Shown piece by piece: positions 50,511 to 59,505 of a DNA stretch of 64,000 nucleotides (within the stretch, counting starts at the first letter, position 1; the number at the start of each line of letters is the position of its first letter). The notes beneath the pieces are model-generated. The model worked only from the letters and a program-made list of their open reading frames with translations, was not told the origin of the DNA and did not search any database. Origin of the DNA: a virus; IMG/VR virus record IMGVR_UViG_3300030202_003023, positions 1 through 64,000 of that record; one strand, written 5' to 3'. A program made the translations under genes and the position numbers.

Positions 50511-51287
50511 CTATTTTTTACTTAAATTATCAAAGTAGTCATCTCTATCTACTTCATTAGAGGATGTTGAGCCGCTTTTAGTTCTTATGTTTCTTTCTTC
50601 TTGTAATCCTATAGAAGCAAAGAAGTCTTGTTCTTGGTTAATTTTAGGAATTAACCTTAAGAAGTTGTTTTTAATATTAACCATCTCATCTACAGACGGC
50701 ATAACTCCTCTTGTTTGCGCTGACCCAAGATACCATAATTGGTCTTGTACTGTTTTTTCATATACACCTTGAGGAAGTTTTCCAGACCTCCAAAGTTTAT
50801 AATCAATTTTTTCTCTTATGTAGAATTCTACAGCTTTAACAAACTTAACATCATCTGGAATAGTAGGCCATCCATTATCATCTGTAGGAAGACCTTTATA
50901 AGCTACCTCTACTGTACCTTTATCAAAGTTTGTAAATACACAGTCATCACTTAATGTATAAGTAACTGTATGTTCACACTTTGTATCAGGAGAAGAAGCG
51001 CAGTGTCTGTGAAAATTGTCTGTAGCATAAGACATTGGAACATAACCATTCTCAGTTTTATATCTAAACTGCATTACTAAATGCAAGTCACACGGTAAAT
51101 TTCCTCTACCGTTAGTTATGTCTATACAAGAAACTTTCTCACTTAAGCTTTGAGGAGAACCAATAAGTTCAATAGCTTCACCTGCCCATTCTAGAGCATC
51201 ATGTAAGTCTACCCCCTCTACTAAGCCTGTATCTCTAAAGACTTTTTCTAAGATAAATTGAATACTTTTTACTTTACCGTTAAACAT
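50511..51287 (-). CDS. tail ring / tubular protein
   Basis: LPCDL and V.Y..LPTD..G.P.IPD motifs; directly upstream of the muzzle gene. Confidence 0.75.
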   Translation of the reverse strand: MFNGKVKSIQFILEKVFRDTGLVEGVDLHDALEWAGEAIELIGSPQSLSEKVSCIDITNGRGNLPCDLHLVMQFRYKTENGYVPMSYATDNFHRHCASSPDTKCEHTVTYTLSDDCVFTNFDKGTVEVAYKGLPTDDNGWPTIPDDVKFVKAVEFYIREKIDYKLWRSGKLPQGVYEKTVQDQLWYLGSAQTRGVMPSVDEMVNIKNNFLRLIPKINQEQDFFASIGLQEERNIRTKSGSTSSNEVDRDDYFDNLSKK

Positions 51288-51290
51288 GAT

Positions 51291-51542
51291 TTATAGATTA
51301 ATGTTCTTAATTGCTTGTGAAACAGTTTCAGGCTCTTTAGATTCTTTATCTGACTTATCTGGTATTGGATCACTTTTAGAAATCCAGTGTTTTTTGTCTA
51401 CTTTGTACTCTTCTCCTTTCATATAGGAAGTAGTAATACAAACTATAAAACCGTTTTCTGCTGTTATTACTTTTAACTCTTTAGTGACACCGTCTTTGGT
51501 AACACTTTTAGTTCTTATTTTATCTTCTTCTACACCGTACAT
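51291..51542 (-). CDS. hypothetical protein, 83 aa
   Basis: Tightly packed ORF. Confidence 0.65.
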   Translation of the reverse strand: MYGVEEDKIRTKSVTKDGVTKELKVITAENGFIVCITTSYMKGEEYKVDKKHWISKSDPIPDKSDKESKEPETVSQAIKNINL

Positions 51543-51549
51543 AATGCTT

Positions 51550-52134
51550 TTATTTTAAATAGTAGTTGGTATTTATACTAGGGTCTTTAAGTACTTTACT
51601 TAAATCCCTATTCATTGTTCTTGTAGCTTTAAATTTGTAAGCAGATTTGTACTTAAAAGTCGCACATTTTAAACTTAAGTACCAAAAAGGTACATATCCA
51701 TTTGTATGCTCATTAAGATGCCTTACAAGTTTCTTTTGTTTTTTAGATTCTTCGTCTTCTTCCCATAATTCTCTGGTTGCTTTCCAATCTATAGGCATTG
51801 TATTAATTAAATTACCTTCTTTATTGTATTTAAGAATAGGCTTTTTCTTTTTTATACATAAAGTACCCATTCTTGACGGCAGTTTAAATTCAAAGTTGTC
51901 AAAAATTATCTCATCTGTAATTCTAGAGTGTATAAAATCAATTATTTGTCCATATACTTTTCTATCTACACAAAATTTAGAGTTCTTATGTACAATTGAT
52001 TTATTGTTTACTTTCTCTTTAAATGTAGTATCACAGTAGTAGCTATAGAATTCTTTCATTCCAATATCTACTTTAATTTTTTCTTTTTGTTTTCCTCTAC
52101 TTTCCACCTGTTCTCTCATTTGATGCAGCATCAT
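51550..52134 (-). CDS. IHF/HU-like DNA-binding protein (start uncertain)
   Basis: FKLPSRMGTLCIKK, IDW..T, YKFKATR; typical crAss-like position between ring genes. Confidence 0.65.
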   Translation of the reverse strand: MMLHQMREQVESRGKQKEKIKVDIGMKEFYSYYCDTTFKEKVNNKSIVHKNSKFCVDRKVYGQIIDFIHSRITDEIIFDNFEFKLPSRMGTLCIKKKKPILKYNKEGNLINTMPIDWKATRELWEEDEESKKQKKLVRHLNEHTNGYVPFWYLSLKCATFKYKSAYKFKATRTMNRDLSKVLKDPSINTNYYLK

Positions 52135-52795
52135 TGCTGTTATCTTCTGGTAATTGTAATGAAGTTATTAATTGCTTTACAACTTGTTCATGTATAAAAG
52201 GAAGCATCCAATTACTTATTGGGTATTCATCATCAAGACTAAAGCATGAACTACTGTCTGTATTACAGAACTTTGATACTTCTGTAGGATCTTCAAATAT
52301 CCCCATTATATTTACTTTTCTTAAAAGTTTAGATTGCTCGCTATTTACTTTAAAATACATTCTTTTATTGTAAATAAAGGCAAAAATAGAATCTTTGTTA
52401 TATTTACCACTACCTGAAAAAGCAGCTCGTTGGTAAGGTATAAAAGAGAAAAAGTAATCTAAATTATCAATAGGTCCTACTTTAGTGATGGCTTCTCTGT
52501 GGTGTAATTCTACCGCTTTTGGTAAATCACACGTAGTTCTTAATACAGTGCACCCTACAGGTAAATTAGGACATTCTGAACTATTTGTAGCTTCTAGTTC
52601 TACACAACCTAAAGACTGTACAATAAAAGGATCAATAGTTCTTCCAGGTTTGTTCAGTTCATTACGTATCCATAAAGATCTTTGTACTCCAATCTTATAA
52701 AGTACTTGTCTTTCACTAATATCTAAATCATCAGTTATGTGACTAGACCTAACATCTTCTAGAATATCAAAAATTATTTCATTTGCTGTTGCCAT
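52097..52795 (-). CDS. tail ring protein
   Basis: T.NEIIFDI...ISERQ...Q.L.C.EL...GIFEDP...YPI pattern and synteny. Confidence 0.7.
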   Translation of the reverse strand: MATANEIIFDILEDVRSSHITDDLDISERQVLYKIGVQRSLWIRNELNKPGRTIDPFIVQSLGCVELEATNSSECPNLPVGCTVLRTTCDLPKAVELHHREAITKVGPIDNLDYFFSFIPYQRAAFSGSGKYNKDSIFAFIYNKRMYFKVNSEQSKLLRKVNIMGIFEDPTEVSKFCNTDSSSCFSLDDEYPISNWMLPFIHEQVVKQLITSLQLPEDNSNDAASNERTGGK

Positions 52796-52798
52796 CTT

Positions 52799-53695
52799 TT
52801 ATAAGTTCATTGATATTAATATTGGCTGTTTACCGTTTTTAACTACTCCGCAAGATATTGTACTCTTTTTAAAATTTTTACCATACGCCATAGCGTAAGC
52901 AGTATCATCTACACCACAACCTACTTGCATACCAAACACTACATTATGTTTACCAGTGGAAAACTCAATGTATGCTTGTGCATGCAAGTGCCCTTGCACT
53001 TGTGACTGTAGTTCATTCTTCATCTTAGTTTTAGCTGTACCGCCTTCACCGTGATTATAATTAACGTTGTCTATTTCAATTTCTTCTACAAAGTTCCATC
53101 CTGGTGTTCCAAGAACCTCATCATAGTCCCTAACCCATTTGGATGATACTCCAGAAGTTTTAGCTTTTCTAAAAGCCATTCTATCATGGTTTCCAATAGT
53201 AACATATGCTTTTGGAAACACGCTATACCATTCTTGTATTTTATCTATTGCCCACAATAATTCATTATCAGAACCTAAAGCAGTTGTTTCTGTTTCATGG
53301 TAACTAGCGTAATGGTTATCAATTACATCTCCAATAAAAACAACAGTCCCGCAATCATATCTTTCTTGTATTTTCCTTACAAACTGTAGATAACCAGGTA
53401 ATGAAAAAGGCTCATGTATGTCGCCAATAATAAGAACGTTTTTTAAGTTACCTTTTAAATAAGGTTTAGGCAACTTTTTCTTTAGCTTTTTAGGAGGTTT
53501 AAACTTATTCTCTTTAAACTTTTTAAACTCTTCCCATTCTTTATCACTAATTATTTTAGAGTTTTCTAAAGCAATGGCTTTCTTTGCATTTGCTACTTCA
53601 TTTACAGATACTCCAAGCTTATTAGCAAGTTTCTGTTTGCCCCATTTAAGATATCCTGTATTTATTCTTAAAAATTTCTCTATTTCGTTGGGCAT
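52799..53695 (-). CDS. calcineurin-like metallophosphoesterase with N-terminal HTH-like segment
   Basis: GDIH, GDVID, GNHD, HG and GHLH motifs. Confidence 0.88.
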   Translation of the reverse strand: MPNEIEKFLRINTGYLKWGKQKLANKLGVSVNEVANAKKAIALENSKIISDKEWEEFKKFKENKFKPPKKLKKKLPKPYLKGNLKNVLIIGDIHEPFSLPGYLQFVRKIQERYDCGTVVFIGDVIDNHYASYHETETTALGSDNELLWAIDKIQEWYSVFPKAYVTIGNHDRMAFRKAKTSGVSSKWVRDYDEVLGTPGWNFVEEIEIDNVNYNHGEGGTAKTKMKNELQSQVQGHLHAQAYIEFSTGKHNVVFGMQVGCGVDDTAYAMAYGKNFKKSTISCGVVKNGKQPILISMNL

Positions 53696-53706
53696 ATATA
53701 AACAGT

Positions 53707-54297
53707 TTATCGTTTTATCTTAGTATACACATGTACATTGTGTGTCTTTTGTATTATATCATAACCATATCCAAACATAAATCCTTTTTTGGGGACTCTA
53801 ACTATTGCAGCTGGTTGTAATGTGAATGTGGCGGGATTTCCGCCAACTACACCCCCTACATATAATTCCCAAGGATCTTTTATTATTGTTTTATTGGTAT
53901 TAATCTGCTGTTTAAATGTATCTGTTTTATAAATATATTTAGGAAACTTTGATACATATTTAAAATCAGAAGAAAGTAGTTCTCCTTTTACAACTGAAGT
54001 AAATTTTCCAGAGATTAAAGAGTCTTCTACTGGAGTTGTATAAAAAGAAACGCTATCTCCTGTTGGAGTAACGCTATCTTTTATATACTCAATTACTAAT
54101 TCTTTGTGCCATTTAGTGATAGTATCATGGATAGTATCAGGCTTACCTTTAACATATTGTACTACTGTGTCTGTTTCTATAATAACATTTGGTTCAGTGT
54201 CTTTATTAAAGGTATTTTTAGGTTTTGTACATTGCCTAAACAAACAAAACCCTAAAGTAAATATGACTGTAAGTAATATGTAGTCTTTAAAGTCCAT
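53707..54297 (-). CDS. membrane-anchored lysis accessory protein (spanin-like)
   Basis: N-terminal TM with Cys (FCLFRQC), DT-rich stalk, beta-rich C-terminus; coupled to the endolysin. Confidence 0.55.
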   Translation of the reverse strand: MDFKDYILLTVIFTLGFCLFRQCTKPKNTFNKDTEPNVIIETDTVVQYVKGKPDTIHDTITKWHKELVIEYIKDSVTPTGDSVSFYTTPVEDSLISGKFTSVVKGELLSSDFKYVSKFPKYIYKTDTFKQQINTNKTIIKDPWELYVGGVVGGNPATFTLQPAAIVRVPKKGFMFGYGYDIIQKTHNVHVYTKIKR

Positions 54298-54830
54298 TAA
54301 TCTAAATCTGGATTTTGTATTAGCTTCTCATTACCTTCGTATGGTATATACTTACCTTTACCTAAAAATATTAAATTTTGTTTTCTGTTCTTACCATCTG
54401 CTCTGTAAGAAACATGTATCCATCCAGGATAACCGTTTACAGGCTTTTCGTAAATTAGCTGATCATAGTCTAGATTTTCTCTAATCCAGTCAGCCATTTC
54501 AGTGTTATTATACTTGTTAATGCCTTTTCTCCAATAGTAATCATCAATGTCCATTGCTGCACCGTAATTACGTTTGGTTTTGTCTAGTCCAACACAGTGT
54601 TGTGAATTTTTTGATCCTCCAATAGCCTTGTTAAGCTCAGGTCCTCTGAATACAGAGTTTATCTTTATTGGTTTACCTGTGTGTTTTCTAAGTTTATCAA
54701 AGACATTAAGACATAACGCTTGTATAAGTAACATCTGATTACTAGTTGGTGTGTTATCTAGTCCTCTACTTATAGCAGTGTTACTATGCGTTACTTCTGC
54801 TAAAGAAACATATTCTGAAACTTTCTCCAT
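54297..54830 (-). CDS. endolysin, peptidase M15 family (likely start ATG 54830, MEKVSEY)
   Basis: INSVFR...LN..IGGS..SQH, A.DI, DQLI.E, WIHVSY. Confidence 0.88.
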   Translation of the reverse strand: MEKVSEYVSLAEVTHSNTAISRGLDNTPTSNQMLLIQALCLNVFDKLRKHTGKPIKINSVFRGPELNKAIGGSKNSQHCVGLDKTKRNYGAAMDIDDYYWRKGINKYNNTEMADWIRENLDYDQLIYEKPVNGYPGWIHVSYRADGKNRKQNLIFLGKGKYIPYEGNEKLIQNPDLD

Positions 54831-54843
54831 CTTGTTTTCTTTT

Positions 54844-55125
54844 TCAGTTGAACATTCCAAAGAACTTTTGGCAAAGCCCTTTAATTCCAAGTATTGCCCC
54901 TGTACCAAGTGCACCGAGGATAACCATCTTTTTATCAAATTTACGCTGTTTTGTTTCAGCTTTTTTAAGACCGTCTTCAACTTCTTCTATTCTTTTAATA
55001 ATTCCTTTATTCCCCATGGACGGATCTCCAACTAAAGCAACTTCTAATCTTTCTGTTCTTTTTGCAGTATTTATTGCATGTTCTTCTAGTCTTATTAATA
55101 AATCTTTAGTTTCTTTACTGTCCAT
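54844..55125 (-). CDS. putative holin (coiled coil plus C-terminal TM)
   Basis: Immediately upstream of the endolysin; one C-terminal hydrophobic helix. Confidence 0.55.
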   Translation of the reverse strand: MDSKETKDLLIRLEEHAINTAKRTERLEVALVGDPSMGNKGIIKRIEEVEDGLKKAETKQRKFDKKMVILGALGTGAILGIKGLCQKFFGMFN

Positions 55126-55139
55126 AACGGCTTTTAATT

Positions 55140-55619
55140 TTAAATGTCTTCAATCATAAAAGATAAAGCACTCATTTGGTCAGGAGTAATAGTTTCTGGC
55201 AATTCTTCTAGTTTAACATACACAATACTAACATTAACATTTTCGTTGTCTAAAGCATCATTATATTTGTCTTCTATTTCTTTAGCCTTATTAAGTACCT
55301 CACTGTTGGCTTCACGCTTTTCTTTTTCTACTTCTTTAAATATTTCTATTTTTTCAGGAGCTATTTGATATTTATTATCTGTAATTACTAGTTCCCCATT
55401 TTCGTCTTTAAGTGCATGTTCTTTAAAAGTTTTTTCCATTTCTTTATTGTACACTAAAAACTCTTCTGGATATACTAAAGTGCTTTTAATTTTCTTTGCC
55501 TCCTCTTCAAATGTTTTTGCGTTTTTAATTAATGCATGTGAAAACTTTACTCCATAAAGTCCTTCTGCATTAAGTTCAGATAACGCAAAATTAATTCCTA
55601 AAACTTCTACATTTTTCAT
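55140..55619 (-). CDS. acidic helical hypothetical protein, possibly a tail assembly chaperone (likely start ATG 55619)
   Basis: DENGEL motif; located at the end of the fibre cluster. Confidence 0.6.
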   Translation of the reverse strand: MKNVEVLGINFALSELNAEGLYGVKFSHALIKNAKTFEEEAKKIKSTLVYPEEFLVYNKEMEKTFKEHALKDENGELVITDNKYQIAPEKIEIFKEVEKEKREANSEVLNKAKEIEDKYNDALDNENVNVSIVYVKLEELPETITPDQMSALSFMIEDI

Positions 55620-55686
55620 AATTTTTTTTCTTAAAACTTCTTTTATAAAAATAAAAGAATTAATCAATAATAGCAAGAGCAATATA

Positions 55687-56382
55687 TCAGCATATTATGA
55701 TACGTCTTCTTGTACTTCCTCCACTTACAGCATCAGGAATTACCCATGCCTGATTAGTTATCTTACCGCTATTTGATACTGTTGTACAAACAGTTGATCC
55801 AGCAGGTAAACTTGTTCCACTATAAGCAACACTAACAAATTTACCATTTACATTATGTTGGTTTACTTCTAAAGCTGCGTTAGCTCCTCCAATAACAAAA
55901 GGATTTGACATACTTTGTGTTGAAATTCCAGAAAGACATATGAGGTCATTTGCTGCTATAGTAATACTTCTACTGTGAGGAGTAGTACCGTCTATTCCGC
56001 CACTAAAGCCTAAATTATATGCGTGTTCAGTAGTTAAGTTGTTTTGACCTACTCCTGTAAAAGACTGTGCATAAATGCTTATTGGATTCCATTGGTTACC
56101 AGTAAAACGAACTTCAAAGTCTAAAGCTACACCTGTTGGTGGATTTGCTAACCAATATCCAACTTGTCTGGTGCTTACCATATTCCTTCTTGTCATTCTT
56201 TGCATTTGAACAAAATTACCATTTGTATCTTTGTAGAATGCATTATTAAAGTTTACTGTATTAGCCATACTAACAACTACAAATAGACCTGGATTTGTTC
56301 CTGGGCTACATGTTACAGAAATTGACTTTTTATTTGCGCCACAAGGTCCACTATATATTGCTTTAAGCCCTAATGTTGCCAT
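55687..56382 (-). CDS. beta-rich tail-associated protein, 231 aa
   Basis: S/T/G/N-rich beta composition within the fibre cluster. Confidence 0.6.
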   Translation of the reverse strand: MATLGLKAIYSGPCGANKKSISVTCSPGTNPGLFVVVSMANTVNFNNAFYKDTNGNFVQMQRMTRRNMVSTRQVGYWLANPPTGVALDFEVRFTGNQWNPISIYAQSFTGVGQNNLTTEHAYNLGFSGGIDGTTPHSRSITIAANDLICLSGISTQSMSNPFVIGGANAALEVNQHNVNGKFVSVAYSGTSLPAGSTVCTTVSNSGKITNQAWVIPDAVSGGSTRRRIIIC

Positions 56383-56383
56383 A

Positions 56384-56662
56384 TTACAATTCGTTTAAAT
56401 GTATTATTTCAATTAAATCTGGTCTTTCAGCATCTGTAACTGTAGATGCTGTATGAACAACGGGAGTAGTTTCAAAAAAAGCACTTATAGAAACTACTTC
56501 ATTTTGTAAGTTAGTTCTATTTTTTCCTATAAATTCTCCCATAGATTCATCGTAACTAATGTTTATTTCATTAATTAAAAAAACGTTTTCTGTATACCCT
56601 ACTTCTGTAGTTACTACTTCTCCGTTATCTCCTAATTCTATCTTCTCTATAATTGTTATCAT
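56384..56662 (-). CDS. small tail-associated protein, 92 aa
   Basis: Packed between fibre genes. Confidence 0.55.
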   Translation of the reverse strand: MITIIEKIELGDNGEVVTTEVGYTENVFLINEINISYDESMGEFIGKNRTNLQNEVVSISAFFETTPVVHTASTVTDAERPDLIEIIHLNEL

Positions 56663-56663
56663 C

Positions 56664-57611
56664 TTATTCTTCGTATCTTATGTCAATAGTTATGTATTGC
56701 CCTGCTGTTGCAGTGGCAGGAGCAGTAAACTCTACCCAGACCCATGAGTCTGCTGGAATTGCAGCAGTACTTAAAGTAGAAGCATTTCCAGTTAGTTGGG
56801 TATTAATGTTTTGAGAAGTTGTTAGTGCGTTTGCCGATGCTGAGTTTCTTGTTGGGTGATGGTAAAGTTGGTGAGTTACAGTAGTTCCACTACCAACTAA
56901 TACACTTATTACTTCCTTTACTGTTATAGCTACATCAGTTCTAAATATTGTAATGTCATCACCATTTACAGGCTCTTCTAAAGTTATTGTTTTGTTAAGA
57001 GTTTGAGCAACAATATTATTAACTGTTGTACTATCTCCTACTTTAGTAATGGAAAAAGTATGTATTTCCATTCCCCAAGAATCTTTAATATTTCCAGTAC
57101 CAGTTCTCCAGTGTGCCCAAAATTCTACATACTCTCCTACTGCTAATTCAACAGCAACAGAACCGTCTATGTCATCATGAGAGTCATTATGGCCTGAAAC
57201 ACCTAAATTCTGTGTAACTAATTGACTACCGCCTTTTTTTAGATATACAGAACCCCAACCAGAGCTTGATTCTACAAATAATGAAGCTTGAAAAATATAG
57301 ACACCAGCACCACTTGCACCAACTGTAAATCTATGATTTGTATTATCCCACTCACTATTTACATCAGTACCACCTGTTACACTATCATCAAATTCTATTT
57401 TTGTATGTCCAACAGCAAACGTTTGTACTGTACCACTTCCTGCAAAACTACCAGTTACTAAAACTTTAGTTCCACTTCCTAATGAAGTTGCAGTAGCGTT
57501 TTTTACAAAGCCATTTTCAGCCCACAAATCTCCTGCAGATAAACCAGAGTTTGATGTTGGTAATTCAGAACCATCTATTTTTTTAGGATTTATATTTGGT
57601 GTAGCACTCAT
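56664..57611 (-). CDS. tail fibre/spike protein with C1q/TNF-like domain
   Basis: LPTS..GL..GDLW N-terminus; WD..NHRFT....GVYIF...L.VGEYVEF. Confidence 0.65.
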   Translation of the reverse strand: MSATPNINPKKIDGSELPTSNSGLSAGDLWAENGFVKNATATSLGSGTKVLVTGSFAGSGTVQTFAVGHTKIEFDDSVTGGTDVNSEWDNTNHRFTVGASGAGVYIFQASLFVESSSGWGSVYLKKGGSQLVTQNLGVSGHNDSHDDIDGSVAVELAVGEYVEFWAHWRTGTGNIKDSWGMEIHTFSITKVGDSTTVNNIVAQTLNKTITLEEPVNGDDITIFRTDVAITVKEVISVLVGSGTTVTHQLYHHPTRNSASANALTTSQNINTQLTGNASTLSTAAIPADSWVWVEFTAPATATAGQYITIDIRYEE

Positions 57612-57614
57612 ATC

Positions 57615-57788
57615 TTAAATATTTTCTTGTTTATTTAACCATTCTGTATATTCAGCTGGTGGTTCATCACTCCAAAACCAACCTGCATGTTCGCTTTTAT
57701 TATCTTTTGAAATAACAATTCCGTTGGGAAACCGTACTTTATTTCCTGTTTCCCAATTATCATTTTCTATATCGTAAAAATAAACCAT
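57615..57788 (-). CDS. small Trp-rich protein, 57 aa (MVYFYDIEND...GWFWSD), not in the ORF track
   Basis: Exactly fills the gap between two fibre genes. Confidence 0.6.
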   Translation of the reverse strand: MVYFYDIENDNWETGNKVRFPNGIVISKDNKSEHAGWFWSDEPPAEYTEWLNKQENI

Positions 57789-57791
57789 ATT

Positions 57792-59501
57792 TTAATTTGT
57801 TACTGTCCAACCTTTAATAATAGCTATATCTTCTTGTGCTGTTGTTAATCCTGCTGAACCTGGACAATTAGAAACATTAATTACTGTTGCACTTGATACT
57901 GTTCCTAAATTAGTAAATATTTCTTCTATTTTAGATTCACTTAAAGCACAACTACTGTAATTAATTTTAGAAGTGTTACCAGTTACTAAAGACTCTCTTA
58001 AATTAAAACAAGCTGAAGCAAATAAATAAGTTTCATTTCCAGAGTTGCAACCACTTAAATCATAAGCAGGTATTTTCTCTAAGTTCCTACAATTTTGAAA
58101 CATTTGTTGAGCATTAGAAATAGTTCCACTTATTGGTGGAGCTTGTTTAAGGGTTCTGCAATAATAAAAAGCAGTTGTAGTATTTGTAATGTTTCCTGTG
58201 TTGATTAAATTAGGAGTTATTTCTAACATACCACAACCTTTAAACATTCCTGCTATTGATGTTAAGTTAGTACAATCAAAAGAAGCTGGTAGTTTTCTTA
58301 ACTTAACACAATCAGCAAACAAACTACTTACACTTGTTGCTGAACTAATATCTATAAAACTTGCGTCTGTTAAATAGTTACCAGAAAACATTCCTGTAAG
58401 GTTTTGACCTGAACTGGTATCTAACCAACCATAATCTCTAATATATCTATTTGTTCCAAAAGCATATCTAAATTCAGTAACAGCAGAAGTATCAAATGGT
58501 TTAATTTCTTTAATTTGATTACAACCAGAAAATAAATAACCTATGCTGGTTAATTGCCCATTAGGTATAGTTAAGCTTGCAACTTCTAAATTTGCACAAT
58601 TCTGAAACATAGTATAAAGATTTGTTGCGTTAGGTAACGTTGCTTCAAATACTTTAATACCCGTACTTTTAAAAGCAGCAGTAAAATTGGTTATTCCCGT
58701 ATAATCTGAAATTGGATTGCTTTTTAAATTATTACAACCATTAAAAGTATTACTTAATGACGTAGCTGCAGTTACAACTATTGGAGGAATATAATCTATA
58801 ATAAAACAATTTAGAAACATACTAGCAAAATTAGTACAACTACTTGTGTCTAATTGAGGAAGAGTGAGTAATTGGTAGCAAGAATTAAAACAACTGGATA
58901 AAGTTGTAACATTTGCTGTATTCCATTGAATTACTTTTTTAAGGTGAGTACATTGTGAAAAAACTTGACTGGCAGTAACTAAATTAGGTGTAGTTCCAAC
59001 ATATTCAAATTCTTCTAAAGCAGTATAATTATAAAAGGCTTGATGTAGAGTAGTAAATCCAGTACCCGCCATTTTAACACTTATAACGCTGTTACTTCCA
59101 CCTCTTGCAGTATCTCCCGTTGCGTGATATGGAGAACTTTGTCTGTTAATTCCTGTTAATGTTGAACCTGATTGTGGAGTAACTGTAACAATTACTTGTC
59201 TAAAACCATGACTTGTTAATGAACTTGGGGAAGCGTCACCCCAAGCAAATTCATGCTCTGCATTTGTAAGCGAAGAATGATTTGTATTTGCTGTACCATC
59301 TCCCCAATCTACTGTGTAATCGCCAGTTATTCTAAACCTAAGAAAATTCTCTCCGTCTTCAAATACTTTAACAAGATAATATATTTTTTCATCTCCTTGA
59401 GATAGCGCAGGCATATCTAACCAGTCACCTGGTCTTTCCCAGGTTTGAGCAGGTACAGGAGTAGTTCCTATTATTCTAGTTTTACTTATAATTATTGACA
59501 T
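57792..59501 (-). CDS. BspA/DUF285-like leucine-rich-repeat protein with PKD-like N-terminus
   Basis: YTVDWGDG plus many approximately 23-aa DTS..T....MF..C..L repeats. Confidence 0.8.
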   Translation of the reverse strand: MSIIISKTRIIGTTPVPAQTWERPGDWLDMPALSQGDEKIYYLVKVFEDGENFLRFRITGDYTVDWGDGTANTNHSSLTNAEHEFAWGDASPSSLTSHGFRQVIVTVTPQSGSTLTGINRQSSPYHATGDTARGGSNSVISVKMAGTGFTTLHQAFYNYTALEEFEYVGTTPNLVTASQVFSQCTHLKKVIQWNTANVTTLSSCFNSCYQLLTLPQLDTSSCTNFASMFLNCFIIDYIPPIVVTAATSLSNTFNGCNNLKSNPISDYTGITNFTAAFKSTGIKVFEATLPNATNLYTMFQNCANLEVASLTIPNGQLTSIGYLFSGCNQIKEIKPFDTSAVTEFRYAFGTNRYIRDYGWLDTSSGQNLTGMFSGNYLTDASFIDISSATSVSSLFADCVKLRKLPASFDCTNLTSIAGMFKGCGMLEITPNLINTGNITNTTTAFYYCRTLKQAPPISGTISNAQQMFQNCRNLEKIPAYDLSGCNSGNETYLFASACFNLRESLVTGNTSKINYSSCALSESKIEEIFTNLGTVSSATVINVSNCPGSAGLTTAQEDIAIIKGWTVTN

Positions 59502-59505
59502 AATT

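Noticed and set aside
54831-54980. Extended N-terminus of the endolysin from the ORF track
   Set aside because: It overlaps the holin-like gene in another frame; ATG 54830 gives a normal M15 peptidase.
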